Source of the DNA: a candidate division WOR-3 bacterium
GTDB lineage: Bacteria; Hydrothermota; Hydrothermia; B15-G9; WFZT01
Direction of reading: 5' to 3'
DNA length: 56,160 nucleotides
NCBI GenBank assembly: GCA_027053075.1
Contig: JALUEE010000017.1
Location: forward strand, 1-56,160
This document shows, one piece after another, positions 46,379 through 56,120 of this stretch; the stretch's first letter is position 1; every line of letters begins with the position of its first letter. Both the position numbers and the translations under genes were made by a program. The notes under the pieces are model-generated. The model was not told the DNA's origin, made no database searches, and worked only from the letters and a program-made list of their open reading frames with translations.

Positions 46379-47582
46379 TTCTAATTGCCTCCAGCGGGCT
46401 CAAAGAGGCAGCCTTCCTTGCCGGATAAAGGGTTGCGATAAATATGATCAGGAATGTAGCAACTACTATTGTTAGAACGTCTCCAGGATTAATCTGGACC
46501 GGTAAATGGTCAACGAAATACACATCCGGTGGAAGCGAAATCAACTTGTACTTTCCGATTAGAAAATCTACAATCACTCCAAAAAGTCCTCCACCTACAG
46601 CACCAAAGAGCCCCACAAATCCGCCAACAAGGATAAAAATCCTCATAATTCCCTTTGCCGTGATTCCCATCGCTCTCAGGACACCGATATCCCTCGTTTT
46701 TTCCACCACAAGGAGCATTAGCATGGCAACAATGGAGAAAGACGCCACGATAATGATTAGAATCAAAATGACAAACATGGCCAGTTTCTCAAGCTTCAGT
46801 GCAGAAAATAGACTTTTATTCATTTCAATCCATGTTACCACCCTGTAATCAATGGGCAAGACCCGTCGGAGCTTCTCTGCAACTTCATGGGCCCTGTATG
46901 GGTCAGTAAGCTCTACTTCAATGCCAGAGACCCCGCTTTTGAGTCCTGCAATGTCTCTTGCGCCTTCAAGGCTTGTTAATGCCACACTCGTGTTGAAATC
47001 GTAGATACCGAAATCCACCACCCCTGAAACAACCACGTTTCTTGCCCTGATTCCGGACATCAAATTCGTGGTTTTACCCTTAAATGAAAGAATGGTGAGT
47101 GTATCTCCGGTAAAGGTGTTCAAATCAGAGGCAAGGAGAGTTCCAAGCACTACCCTACCCTTCGAAAGGGTCAGGTTTCCCGTCACAACCGAACTCTGAA
47201 GCTCCTTTAGTCTCGGATCATTTTTAAAATCGAGCCCCTTTAGCACGATTCCGTCAGCCTTGTCCCCACTTTTAGCAACGCATTTTACGAGTATGAAAGG
47301 AGACGCGGATTTCACTTCGTGAAATCCGCGTAAAACATTCAAAATCGAGTCCGGATGCTCCACAGGATTCCCGTAGTAATCTGTGATCACAATATGCGGA
47401 TTTATACCAAGAATCCTGTTTTTTAACTCCTGCTGCATGCCCGCCATTACCCCGATCACGATAACAAGAGCAGCCACCCCAAGAAAAACCCCTAAGATGG
47501 AGAAAAATGACAGATATGAAAGTATCCCCTTACCCGTGAGCTTCAGGTACCTCAGGGCAAGGAAAACTTCGGCCTTTTTCAT
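46371..47582 (-). CDS. lolC: Lipoprotein-releasing ABC transporter permease (LolC/E)
   Basis: GVAALVIVIGVMAG, LFSALKLEK, EKTRDIGVLRAMG, YPARKAA.L.PLEAIR. Confidence 0.88.
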   Translation of the reverse strand: MKKAEVFLALRYLKLTGKGILSYLSFFSILGVFLGVAALVIVIGVMAGMQQELKNRILGINPHIVITDYYGNPVEHPDSILNVLRGFHEVKSASPFILVKCVAKSGDKADGIVLKGLDFKNDPRLKELQSSVVTGNLTLSKGRVVLGTLLASDLNTFTGDTLTILSFKGKTTNLMSGIRARNVVVSGVVDFGIYDFNTSVALTSLEGARDIAGLKSGVSGIEVELTDPYRAHEVAEKLRRVLPIDYRVVTWIEMNKSLFSALKLEKLAMFVILILIIIVASFSIVAMLMLLVVEKTRDIGVLRAMGITAKGIMRIFILVGGFVGLFGAVGGGLFGVIVDFLIGKYKLISLPPDVYFVDHLPVQINPGDVLTIVVATFLIIFIATLYPARKAASLSPLEAIRNE

Positions 47583-49063
47583 TCCTTTTTGGGCCTTAAC
47601 TGGGGAAAGAGGATCACATCACGAATCGAGGGCTGATCTGTAAACAGCATAACTATCCTGTCAATTCCGTAGCCAACTCCTCCGGCAGGTGGCATCCCTA
47701 CCTCAAGGGCTTTTAGGAAATCTTCGTCAATCTCAGCCGGTATCTCAGCATCCCCGGATTTTCTAAGCTCCACCTGTTTTTCAAACCTCTCCCTCTGGTC
47801 TATTGGGTCATTGAGCTCTGAGAAGGCATTGGCAATCTCCATACCCAGAATAAACAGCTCAAACCTTTCTGTAACAGCAGGATTTGACCTGTGTCTCTTT
47901 GCAAGGGGAGATATATCAACCGGATGGTTCATCACAAAGGCCGGGTCCTTTATCTCATCACCAATGAGCTTATCAAAAAGCTTGTCCATCAATTTGTGCT
48001 TTGGAAGTCTGTCGTATTTATCAATTTCATGAAATTTTCCGGCCTCCCTGAGCTTGCTTTCATCTGCTTCCACCGGATTGAAGCCGAGCTTATCCGTTAA
48101 AGCCTCGATGTAATCAATCTTTCTAAATGGTGGCTCGAAGGAAAGCTTTACCCCCTGATACTCGATCTCATAGGAGCCGGTAATCTCCTTTGCGAGCCCA
48201 GAAAGCAGCTCCTCTGTCATCCTCATCATGTCTGAGTAATCCCAGTAGGCAGCGTAAGCCTCAAGAAGTGTAAACTCAGGATAGTGAAGTCTGTCTATCC
48301 CCTCATTTCTGAAGTCTTTTGAAAATTCATAAACCTTCTCAAATCCACCGACAAGAAGCCTTTTTAAATAAAGCTCATTGGAAATCCTCAAATAAAGCTT
48401 TGTTCCAAGCACATGCGAAAAGGTTTCAAAAGGCTTGGCCATGGCCCCACCATAGACGGGCTGGAGCACCGGAGTTTCCATCTCGAGGAATCCACGGGAA
48501 TTCAAGAAGTTCCGAATGAAGCCGATAATCCTTGTCCTCGTCTTGAATACCTTCCTCGACTCTGGATTCACCACGAGGTCAACGTACCTTTCCCTGTAGC
48601 GGAGCTCCTTATCCTGCAATCCGTGCCATTTCTCAGGCAGAGGGAGCAGAGCCTTAGAAAGAATTTTCAAGGAGCTTGCGAGGATGCTGATTTCACCAGT
48701 TTTTGTTTTTATAACCTTGCCAACTATTCCAACAATATCACCTGTATCAACAAATTTTTTGAAAAACTTGGAGCCATCCTCTTCAGGGAGTCCGTCAACT
48801 GAAGTTACACCCCTCTGGGTAACAATCTGAATGTCGCCGAACTCATCCCTCAGATGGGCAAAATTGAGTTTTCCAAACACCCTCCTGGTCATAATCCTGC
48901 CGGCAATTCTTACCTCTTTCCCTTCCAGTTCCTCAAATTTCTCTTTTATGTCCGTGGAATGATGGGTAATTTCAAAACGATAGGGATAGGGCTCAATACC
49001 CATCTCTCTGAGCTTTTTAACCTTCTCTTTCCTGACAAAAAATTCCTCTGGATATGTTCTCAA
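47579..49063 (-). CDS. lysS: Lysine-tRNA ligase (class II)
   Basis: LPEKWHGL, RYRERY, FRNEG, PEFTLLE, ANAFSELNDP, GIDR, VILFP; TTG start with GGAGG RBS. Confidence 0.97.
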   Translation of the reverse strand: MRTYPEEFFVRKEKVKKLREMGIEPYPYRFEITHHSTDIKEKFEELEGKEVRIAGRIMTRRVFGKLNFAHLRDEFGDIQIVTQRGVTSVDGLPEEDGSKFFKKFVDTGDIVGIVGKVIKTKTGEISILASSLKILSKALLPLPEKWHGLQDKELRYRERYVDLVVNPESRKVFKTRTRIIGFIRNFLNSRGFLEMETPVLQPVYGGAMAKPFETFSHVLGTKLYLRISNELYLKRLLVGGFEKVYEFSKDFRNEGIDRLHYPEFTLLEAYAAYWDYSDMMRMTEELLSGLAKEITGSYEIEYQGVKLSFEPPFRKIDYIEALTDKLGFNPVEADESKLREAGKFHEIDKYDRLPKHKLMDKLFDKLIGDEIKDPAFVMNHPVDISPLAKRHRSNPAVTERFELFILGMEIANAFSELNDPIDQRERFEKQVELRKSGDAEIPAEIDEDFLKALEVGMPPAGGVGYGIDRIVMLFTDQPSIRDVILFPQLRPKKE

Positions 49064-49204
49064 TTTTCAAAACCTCCCAATAGAATGGCAAAATTTTAAC
49101 CCAAAAGCACAAAATATTCATCCCAACATATGTTTGTTCTAAAAATCCCAAATTTATAGTCAACGAATTCACGCAATATAACAAATGATCGCAGACCGGT
49201 CGGT

Positions 49205-49560
49205 AAATTTCCCCTCCTTCCAAAGGAAGGAGGGGTTAGGGGAGAATGGAGAAGAATCAAAATGCATGATGCCAATTATCCCTCGCGTATCTCATGCGAG
49301 GAAGCGAGCTTCCCAGTTCTACAACACAGGGTAGCCTGTTTGGAGATTAAAAAATCAAGATGTAGCCCCTAACCAGACCTCTCCCCGCAATTAATTTACG
49401 CGGGGAGAGGAAGATTTAATTTATGTGGAAAATTGCATTTTGAGAGCGTTTGTAGAAAGCTTATCCAGAGCAGTTTCATACTACTTGCGAAGCGAGTGTT
49501 AAAATATAACACATCCCTCCCCTGCGCTTTACGAGGGGCGGGAAATGTTAGGGGAGAATG
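49205..49560. repeat. Intergenic palindromic element cluster
   Basis: Family-1 copy at 49205-49249 (-); family-3 hairpin at 49378-49410; degenerate copy at 49514-49560. Confidence 0.75.
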
Positions 49561-49703
49561 TGGAAGAGAAAGCTCTATCATATTTTATACCATATCTTTT
49601 AGGAGATGATATTCGGGCAGTAAAATGATCGACACGGTGGATTTGGTGTAAGCTCGAAATGTTGCACATTTGACTTCAAAAAATTTCACTAAAGGAGGTT
49701 AAA

Positions 49704-50012
49704 ATGATTGCAAGAATCTGGCATGGACGCACAAAGGCAGAGGATTTTGAAAGATATACCGAGTTTCTAAAAGAGAGAGCAATACCGGATTATGCAGGGA
49801 CCGATGGGTTTGTTAAACTCATATTTTTGAGAAGAATAGAAGGTGACGTAGGGCATTTTCTGCTTATAACATTTTGGGAAAGCATAGATGCGATAAAAAG
49901 TTTTGCAGGTGAGGATTACGAGAAGGCAAAGTATTATCCTGAGGATAAGGATTTCCTGCTGGAGTTTGAGGAGAAGGTAACGCACTACGAGGTTTTTGCG
50001 GAAAAGGAGTAA
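49704..50012 (+). CDS. ABM/dimeric alpha-beta barrel family protein
   Basis: MIARIWHG, TFWESIDAIKSFAG, YYPED..FLL; AAAGGAGG RBS. Confidence 0.85.
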   Translation: MIARIWHGRTKAEDFERYTEFLKERAIPDYAGTDGFVKLIFLRRIEGDVGHFLLITFWESIDAIKSFAGEDYEKAKYYPEDKDFLLEFEEKVTHYEVFAEKE

Positions 50013-50019
50013 TTTAGGA

Positions 50020-50044
50020 GGGGGCTGCCCGAAGGGCAGCCCCC
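50020..50044. terminator. Hairpin between convergent genes
   Basis: GGGGGCTGCCC-GAA-GGGCAGCCCCC. Confidence 0.7.
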
Positions 50045-50051
50045 CTCTACT

Positions 50052-52979
50052 TCATTTCAAAAACACAGTCTTCCTAACCCATTTCCTCTCACCTGCTCTC
50101 ACCCTCAGAATGTAAGTTCCAGCTGGCAGTCTCGAGAACCTGATCTCGTTCAATCCCTTCCTCAATCTGCGGTTGTCCGTATAGCATTTTCTACCAGCAA
50201 CATCGAAAATTTCCAGACTGACTTTTGTCTCTCTAGGTGAGAGAATCTTAAGCTCCCGGGTTAGTGGATTTATTCCGATTATTTCCACATCTTTCACAGG
50301 ATTAGACTCTGAGATACCGATGACGAATACCTCAAATGTATCGGAATACGTGGCATTCCCGGCATTATCGCTCGCTCTTACAAAGTACGATAGATTTGTA
50401 ACACCTGACGGCAGGGGGATAGTAGCCATCCATCCGTTAGATTGAACCATGGCCATTGAGTCAAACGGAGCCTCGTTAAAGCTGTAAAACAGGGTTACAC
50501 CAGCCACTCCACTTAAACTGTCACTTACATGGGCATAAATGCTCAAAGAATCAAAGCTTATCGTGTCTCCAGGAAAACTAACAGAATCAATTTGGGGTGG
50601 TGTGATATCAACTCCGAAAGAATCAGGCTGTGACCAGTCAGATGCATTCCCGGCTCCATCAATTGCCATAACCTGCCATGTGTATCGTCCTTCTGGAAGG
50701 TTGCGCAAGTAATAGTTTGTATCCACTGTATCAACAACTGTGCCGTTTATTTGGATGATATAACTAACAGGGGTTCCTTTCAGATGGGAGGCTGTCCATG
50801 AGAATTCCACAATCGTGTCATTGAGCCATTCACCACCAATCGGATGAAGCAATCCTGGAGTACCTGGTGCCCTCGTGTCTATTATGAATGTGAAGGGTTC
50901 TGCAGAATCTCCATAAGCACCAAAAGGACCGACTATTCTGACGGTCCAGATGTTTGTGCCGATATAAAGATTATCAGGCACGGTTAGAGTCGTATCACCA
51001 TCAACATGGTAGATGTAGTAATTGTGAGTATTGGTGTTGTAAATCTGTACACGGTATGTCCAGAAAGTTGCATCCGGTGCCGACCACACAAGGGTTGGAG
51101 TCCGTGTATTAATCATGGCACTGTCTGGTGGTGATATCAGAGTGGGAACAGGAATATTATGGGTGACACCTACACTTAGTCCAGTAGGGTGGAGGACATA
51201 AATCATCGTATCCCTTGCGAGTATCTTATTCCCGGCAGTCATGTATCCAACAATTTCAGGGGAGGCAGGATTCGATATGTTAAGAATATATCCAGTACCG
51301 TAAACCGGGCTTGATTCTCCAAGTACATAGAGAAGATTACCTCGAGGCAATAGACAGGTTACGTGTGGATACGGAAGAGTGACACTCCCTACCACTACTG
51401 GATTTGCTGGATTTGACACATCGATAACTGTTATGGAGTTTGACCCTCGGCTCTGAGCAGTAAAGACATAGTTACCCTGTGCCGCTATTACCTCGGGATC
51501 AAAATCGGCTGTATCGAAGGTGTCTATCATTGTCGGAGACGCCGGGTTTGAAACATTAACGATGTAAAGATTGTTCCCGTTTGCGATAAAGAGGAGGGAA
51601 TCCTTCAGGTAGAAAGTTTTAAGGTAAATATCCGGAATTGAAAGCGCCCCTACGGAATCTGGATTCATTGGGTTCGAAACATTGTAAACAACCACTCCCC
51701 GCGAGATTTGCAGGGTGAGAAGGAAAGAGTCTTTTAAGATCATATCCTGTAGGCCGTAAGTGTTGATATGGCCAAGCAATTGAAGCGACTCAGGGTTCGA
51801 CACGCTTAAGATAGCAATTCTCCCATAGCTACCAGCGAAAATAACGGAGTCATTTGCAGCAATGGTCTGGAATCGCTGATTATACTCAGTGTAACTGCCC
51901 ACCTCATGGGTAAGGATAGGGTTTGAAATATCAAGAATCCTCACACCTTTATATCCACCTGCAACGTAAGTGTAGTTTCCTTTTAAAGTAAAATCATTTC
52001 CAGCTACACCCTCAGTAGTTGAGTAACGAAAAACTTCCACTGGATTTGATATGTCCTCAAAAACAAATAGCGAATCATATCTTGAAGTAATGAGAGCATT
52101 TACAGTAGCCTCAATAAACTTTCCATAATTGTGATCGGTATTGTGGGCAATAAGCTGTGGTGAGGTTGGGTCCGATACATCGTAAATGTAGAATACCCCA
52201 TGGCTGCTACTGGTTGCAATGAAAAGCATGTTGCTCTGATAAGAGAGATTTACAGGTAGGTCCGATGACATATTTATTGTAGAAAGAACGGTAAGGCTGG
52301 ATGGGTCTGTTACATTGAGAATATAAATCCGGTACGACGTTCCAGCGAATACAATCGTGTCTGCAACTTCTACACTTATAAAGTATGAGCTCGAATCGTT
52401 GAAATTGCCTACAGCCTGAGGGGATGAGGGATTTGAAATATCATAAATCCACATACCATTATTGTTTTCGGCTGAATAAATGAAATTACCTGACACTCTG
52501 AAGTCTTTAACCAGTCCGTGAGGGTTGAAAGAAGACACAAGGACAGGATGAAGGGCATTTGAGATGTTCAGGATATAAAATTTATTGCTTTTGGCCAGAA
52601 AAAGGTGATCACCGGTGACAGCCATTTTGTCTGCGCCAAGGGAAACGTAGTAGAAATGGCCGGCTACATGAGGGTGGTTGAGGTCTGATATATCCACAAT
52701 AAGTAAAGTATCGCGACTGGTCATAGCGAATAGGTAGTCACCCGCAACTGCTATTGCATTTATAGGTCTCCAGAGGTTTATCCTGCCCACAATGTGTGTA
52801 TTCTGGGGTTCGGAAAAATCAAGCACGTCAATTACACCGTCTTCATTCAGGACAAAGATGAGCGAGTCTTTTATAGTTATTCCTTGTACTTCAGAGAAAG
52901 GTTTATAAGCAATTAGCTTAAGGAAATGACTGTAATTTGGAACAGTTAACAGTGAGATAATCATCATCAACGTTACCAT
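50052..52979 (-). CDS. Secreted LVIVD-repeat (beta-propeller) protein with Ig/FN3-like domains and T9SS-type C-terminal sorting domain
   Basis: Many I.DIS.P..P..VG repeats; YTWQVMAIDGAGN, YFVRASDNAGN; C-terminal LEIFDVAGR..LPAGTYILRV..KTVFLK. Confidence 0.85.
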   Translation of the reverse strand: MVTLMMIISLLTVPNYSHFLKLIAYKPFSEVQGITIKDSLIFVLNEDGVIDVLDFSEPQNTHIVGRINLWRPINAIAVAGDYLFAMTSRDTLLIVDISDLNHPHVAGHFYYVSLGADKMAVTGDHLFLAKSNKFYILNISNALHPVLVSSFNPHGLVKDFRVSGNFIYSAENNNGMWIYDISNPSSPQAVGNFNDSSSYFISVEVADTIVFAGTSYRIYILNVTDPSSLTVLSTINMSSDLPVNLSYQSNMLFIATSSSHGVFYIYDVSDPTSPQLIAHNTDHNYGKFIEATVNALITSRYDSLFVFEDISNPVEVFRYSTTEGVAGNDFTLKGNYTYVAGGYKGVRILDISNPILTHEVGSYTEYNQRFQTIAANDSVIFAGSYGRIAILSVSNPESLQLLGHINTYGLQDMILKDSFLLTLQISRGVVVYNVSNPMNPDSVGALSIPDIYLKTFYLKDSLLFIANGNNLYIVNVSNPASPTMIDTFDTADFDPEVIAAQGNYVFTAQSRGSNSITVIDVSNPANPVVVGSVTLPYPHVTCLLPRGNLLYVLGESSPVYGTGYILNISNPASPEIVGYMTAGNKILARDTMIYVLHPTGLSVGVTHNIPVPTLISPPDSAMINTRTPTLVWSAPDATFWTYRVQIYNTNTHNYYIYHVDGDTTLTVPDNLYIGTNIWTVRIVGPFGAYGDSAEPFTFIIDTRAPGTPGLLHPIGGEWLNDTIVEFSWTASHLKGTPVSYIIQINGTVVDTVDTNYYLRNLPEGRYTWQVMAIDGAGNASDWSQPDSFGVDITPPQIDSVSFPGDTISFDSLSIYAHVSDSLSGVAGVTLFYSFNEAPFDSMAMVQSNGWMATIPLPSGVTNLSYFVRASDNAGNATYSDTFEVFVIGISESNPVKDVEIIGINPLTRELKILSPRETKVSLEIFDVAGRKCYTDNRRLRKGLNEIRFSRLPAGTYILRVRAGERKWVRKTVFLK

Positions 52980-53281
52980 CTTCTCACCTCCTTTTGGGTG
53001 AGAATACTAACACTCCACTGTTAGCAAACTGTTAACCGTCAGTTAACGGGATGTGCTCCCCGTGTGTTAAATTTTTGTCTCCCACCACATAGTTGACTAT
53101 TAGGGTTACACATTTGAAAGTGCCAACAATGTTACAAGTACAAAAAGTAGAGAAGTATTAAACAATATGGAATACTCAAGATATTGGACGTGTTATCACT
53201 TCATGCCTTTGAATATAAGATGTGATTCGTTTTTAAATACAAAATCATACATCTTCTATACTGGAGCTTAATTTAAAATAA

Positions 53282-54982
53282 TCAATCTAACAACCTTTTG
53301 ATTTCTCTGACCTTAATTTTATACATTTCATGATTTTCAAGTTCATTAAGGATTCCCATTATCTTATTTCTAAATTCTCCAAAATACTCCGAACCCTTTG
53401 TAAAACTATAAAAATAAATAACTTCTTGAGCAAAGTCCATATCTTCAAACATGAATTTTTTATATTTATCTTTTGAGACCGCATTTAATAATTTTTCATC
53501 AATTGGGTCCCAACCTGCATTAATTCGAATATCTTTCATTTTTTGTTTTAATATCTCTTTTTTCATCCTATTCTTTATCGTCCCTTCTACGACTTTTTCA
53601 ATTTGACCATTGATAATTTTTTTGATATCTTCTGGATATCTTTCGATTGCTCTTTGTAGATCATAGAGAGCTAAAGAGTTTTTAGTTATCCCCTGCATAA
53701 GGACATCTTTTGCATAGTTATTATAATAATTCTTATTTTCTGGATCTAATTCAGTAAGATAACCTATGTAAGAACCCAAACTGTGCAATCCTACAATGTG
53801 AATTATGTTTTCCTTATTCTCATCCAAAAAATCTTTTACATTCCTCTTAAATTCCTCAATCGAGTAATTAAAGTCAAATCTCAATCTATAAAAATATTTC
53901 TCAAATTGGCTCTTTTTCTTGTATAACTGATGTTCAGAATCAATTCCTTTCAAAACACTTAAAACCCCCTGTTTATTAATAACAGGGTCTTTCAAATAAT
54001 TTACTATAATCTTTATGTCTTTCTTTTCAAATGGAAATATTAGAAATACATCATCGAGATATTTGAGAATTTCTTCGTATTCTCTCTTTTCTTCGTTTTC
54101 TTTTTTATTGCCTACGAATTTCGAAAATTTCGAAATCTGGTAGTCTCTAATTTCCTCAAAATTGTAAAAGTTGAATTTAATTTTTATGAAGGTCAATCTT
54201 ATAAGTTTCTTAAAGAAATCTCTCTTCACCTCTTCGTTGATTCTCAATCTATTCATAAAAGCAAAATCATTTGAAGCAAGTACTAATTGTTTTATTATTC
54301 TTAAATTTTTGATACTAAATTTTGTCAAAAAAGAATGTAACTCTTCTTGAGCAATTACGGACTGCACGCGGCTTTTCATTATATTGAAATTTTCTTCTAC
54401 TGATGGTGTGAATGAAAGTTCGTAATCAATTATTTTTTCTTTATACTTGTCATAAATTTCATTAAAAAGTTTACTCTCACTTCTTTGTTCTCCATAGTTC
54501 TTTTCTCTTATTTCTTCCTCATTTATGATCAAAACAACTTTACAATCGAAATGCTCTTTTAAATATGATATAAAACCAAAAACTTCCTTAAGCTCCAATC
54601 TTGGAGAAAGCCTTTCAAATTCATCGAAGCATACAATCACATTATTTAAATTATTGGGTTCCAATATCGATAATAACGACTCGAGTGATACATTTACAGA
54701 AACAAGAGGGAGATTTATTGTATTAATTGTTGAGGATACCTTTTTAGCCTTTTCGTAAAACTTAGAAATCTGAACCATCATATCTTCTTTTAGTTCTTTT
54801 AAAGAGCTTTTACCGAAAAGGGAAATATAGACAACTTTCCTATCTTGCAAAAATCTTTTGGAGAAATCTTTCCAGAAATGAGTTTTCCCAACTCCCCACT
54901 CACCTTTAATGACAATGCCGATAGGTTCTTTGTAATTGAGTAACTCTTTTAATCTATTTTCAATTGGCTTTATGCCAGACAT
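53282..54982 (-). CDS. KAP-family P-loop NTPase
   Basis: IKGEWGVGKT, YISLFG, VCFDEFERL, YKEKIID, NLRIIK; strongly AT-rich. Confidence 0.85.
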   Translation of the reverse strand: MSGIKPIENRLKELLNYKEPIGIVIKGEWGVGKTHFWKDFSKRFLQDRKVVYISLFGKSSLKELKEDMMVQISKFYEKAKKVSSTINTINLPLVSVNVSLESLLSILEPNNLNNVIVCFDEFERLSPRLELKEVFGFISYLKEHFDCKVVLIINEEEIREKNYGEQRSESKLFNEIYDKYKEKIIDYELSFTPSVEENFNIMKSRVQSVIAQEELHSFLTKFSIKNLRIIKQLVLASNDFAFMNRLRINEEVKRDFFKKLIRLTFIKIKFNFYNFEEIRDYQISKFSKFVGNKKENEEKREYEEILKYLDDVFLIFPFEKKDIKIIVNYLKDPVINKQGVLSVLKGIDSEHQLYKKKSQFEKYFYRLRFDFNYSIEEFKRNVKDFLDENKENIIHIVGLHSLGSYIGYLTELDPENKNYYNNYAKDVLMQGITKNSLALYDLQRAIERYPEDIKKIINGQIEKVVEGTIKNRMKKEILKQKMKDIRINAGWDPIDEKLLNAVSKDKYKKFMFEDMDFAQEVIYFYSFTKGSEYFGEFRNKIMGILNELENHEMYKIKVREIKRLLD

Positions 54983-55271
54983 TTCAAATTTTTATTCCCC
55001 ACCGATTTTGTTTATTGCCATTTTATTACGACCAAGATAGCAATATCCCTTGAAAACTCTTTTTATTAAATTTTCCATTTATTCATTAATTGAACCTATT
55101 TCTCAACACATACATTTGTCAAATGATTTGTACTTTGAAGTGGGTTTATATTTGGAAACATATTTTTTAATAACGTGTATTCCACCATAACAATCCTTCT
55201 CAATTCCATATTCCCTGCTTTAACCGTACTTCTACCTTAAAGGGACGATTAAACTTATGTCAAGAAATGCT

Positions 55272-55480
55272 GAGTCTGTTCGAAAATTCACTTCCTACAA
55301 TCTACATTTACGAGATATCTGGAATCAAGTTTGCCCTTTTCCCACTTGCAAAGCAAGTGGGAAAAGGGCAATGGGTGGGGCCATTCCGATTGAAAATTAA
55401 GATTTAAGATGGAGACCATCTGTCGCTGAGTTGAAAGTTTTATTTATTCTCTCCCCGCAAGTATTTATGTGGGGTGAATA
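55272..55480. repeat. Intergenic palindromic element cluster
   Basis: GAGTCTGTTCGAAAA at 55272; 19-bp perfect stem at 55331-55371; family-3 degenerate copy at 55447-55479. Confidence 0.7.
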
Positions 55481-55670
55481 GCCTTTTCGTTTTGAAGTGT
55501 TGCAATCCAAGGAGACAATTTCAGCGGGCAAAATAGCAGATTCATTCGTATAAACAACCATCATCTTCCTACCATCAGAGGTTAACATTTTTGTCTAAGG
55601 GGGGGTTGACAATTCTTAGGAAACTTGATAATTAAATTATCAGAAAATCTTATTAATGGGAGGTGAGAAA

Positions 55671-56120
55671 ATGGCAATGGATATTACGAGATTCGATCCC
55701 TTTAGAGATGTCACAAGCCTCAGAGAGGAGATTGATAGACTCTTTGATACGTTTTTTGGCAGGACTACTGGAATTACTGAAAGAGAGGTAGCATGGATAC
55801 CTGCGATTGACCTTGAGGAAACCGACGATGCTTACATTGTTAAGGCTGAGCTTCCTGGAATGAAGAAAGAGGATATCAAGCTCTCCATCTCTGAGAATGC
55901 ACTCACAATCTCTGGTGAGAGGAAAATGGAGAGGGAGGATAAGGGCAAGACCTATCACAGGGTTGAGATGGCTTACGGTAAGTTCCTCAGAACCATCCAG
56001 TTCCCTGGTGAGGTTGAGCCAGACAAGGCCAAAGCGACATACAAGGATGGGATTTTGACAATAACAATTCCGAAATCTGAGAAAGCAAAGCCCAAGGAGA
56101 TTGAGATCGAGGTTAAGTAA
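55671..56120 (+). CDS. Small heat shock protein Hsp20 / alpha-crystallin
   Basis: WIPAIDL.ET, AELPGMKKEDI, LTISGER, YGKF.R, ATYKDGILTITIPK; GGAGG RBS. Confidence 0.95.
   Translation: MAMDITRFDPFRDVTSLREEIDRLFDTFFGRTTGITEREVAWIPAIDLEETDDAYIVKAELPGMKKEDIKLSISENALTISGERKMEREDKGKTYHRVEMAYGKFLRTIQFPGEVEPDKAKATYKDGILTITIPKSEKAKPKEIEIEVK

Noticed and set aside
55560..55670. CIRCE or RNA thermometer upstream of hsp20
   Set aside because: No TTAGCACTC-N9-GAGTGCTAA and no convincing SD-pairing stem; only an isolated TTGACA
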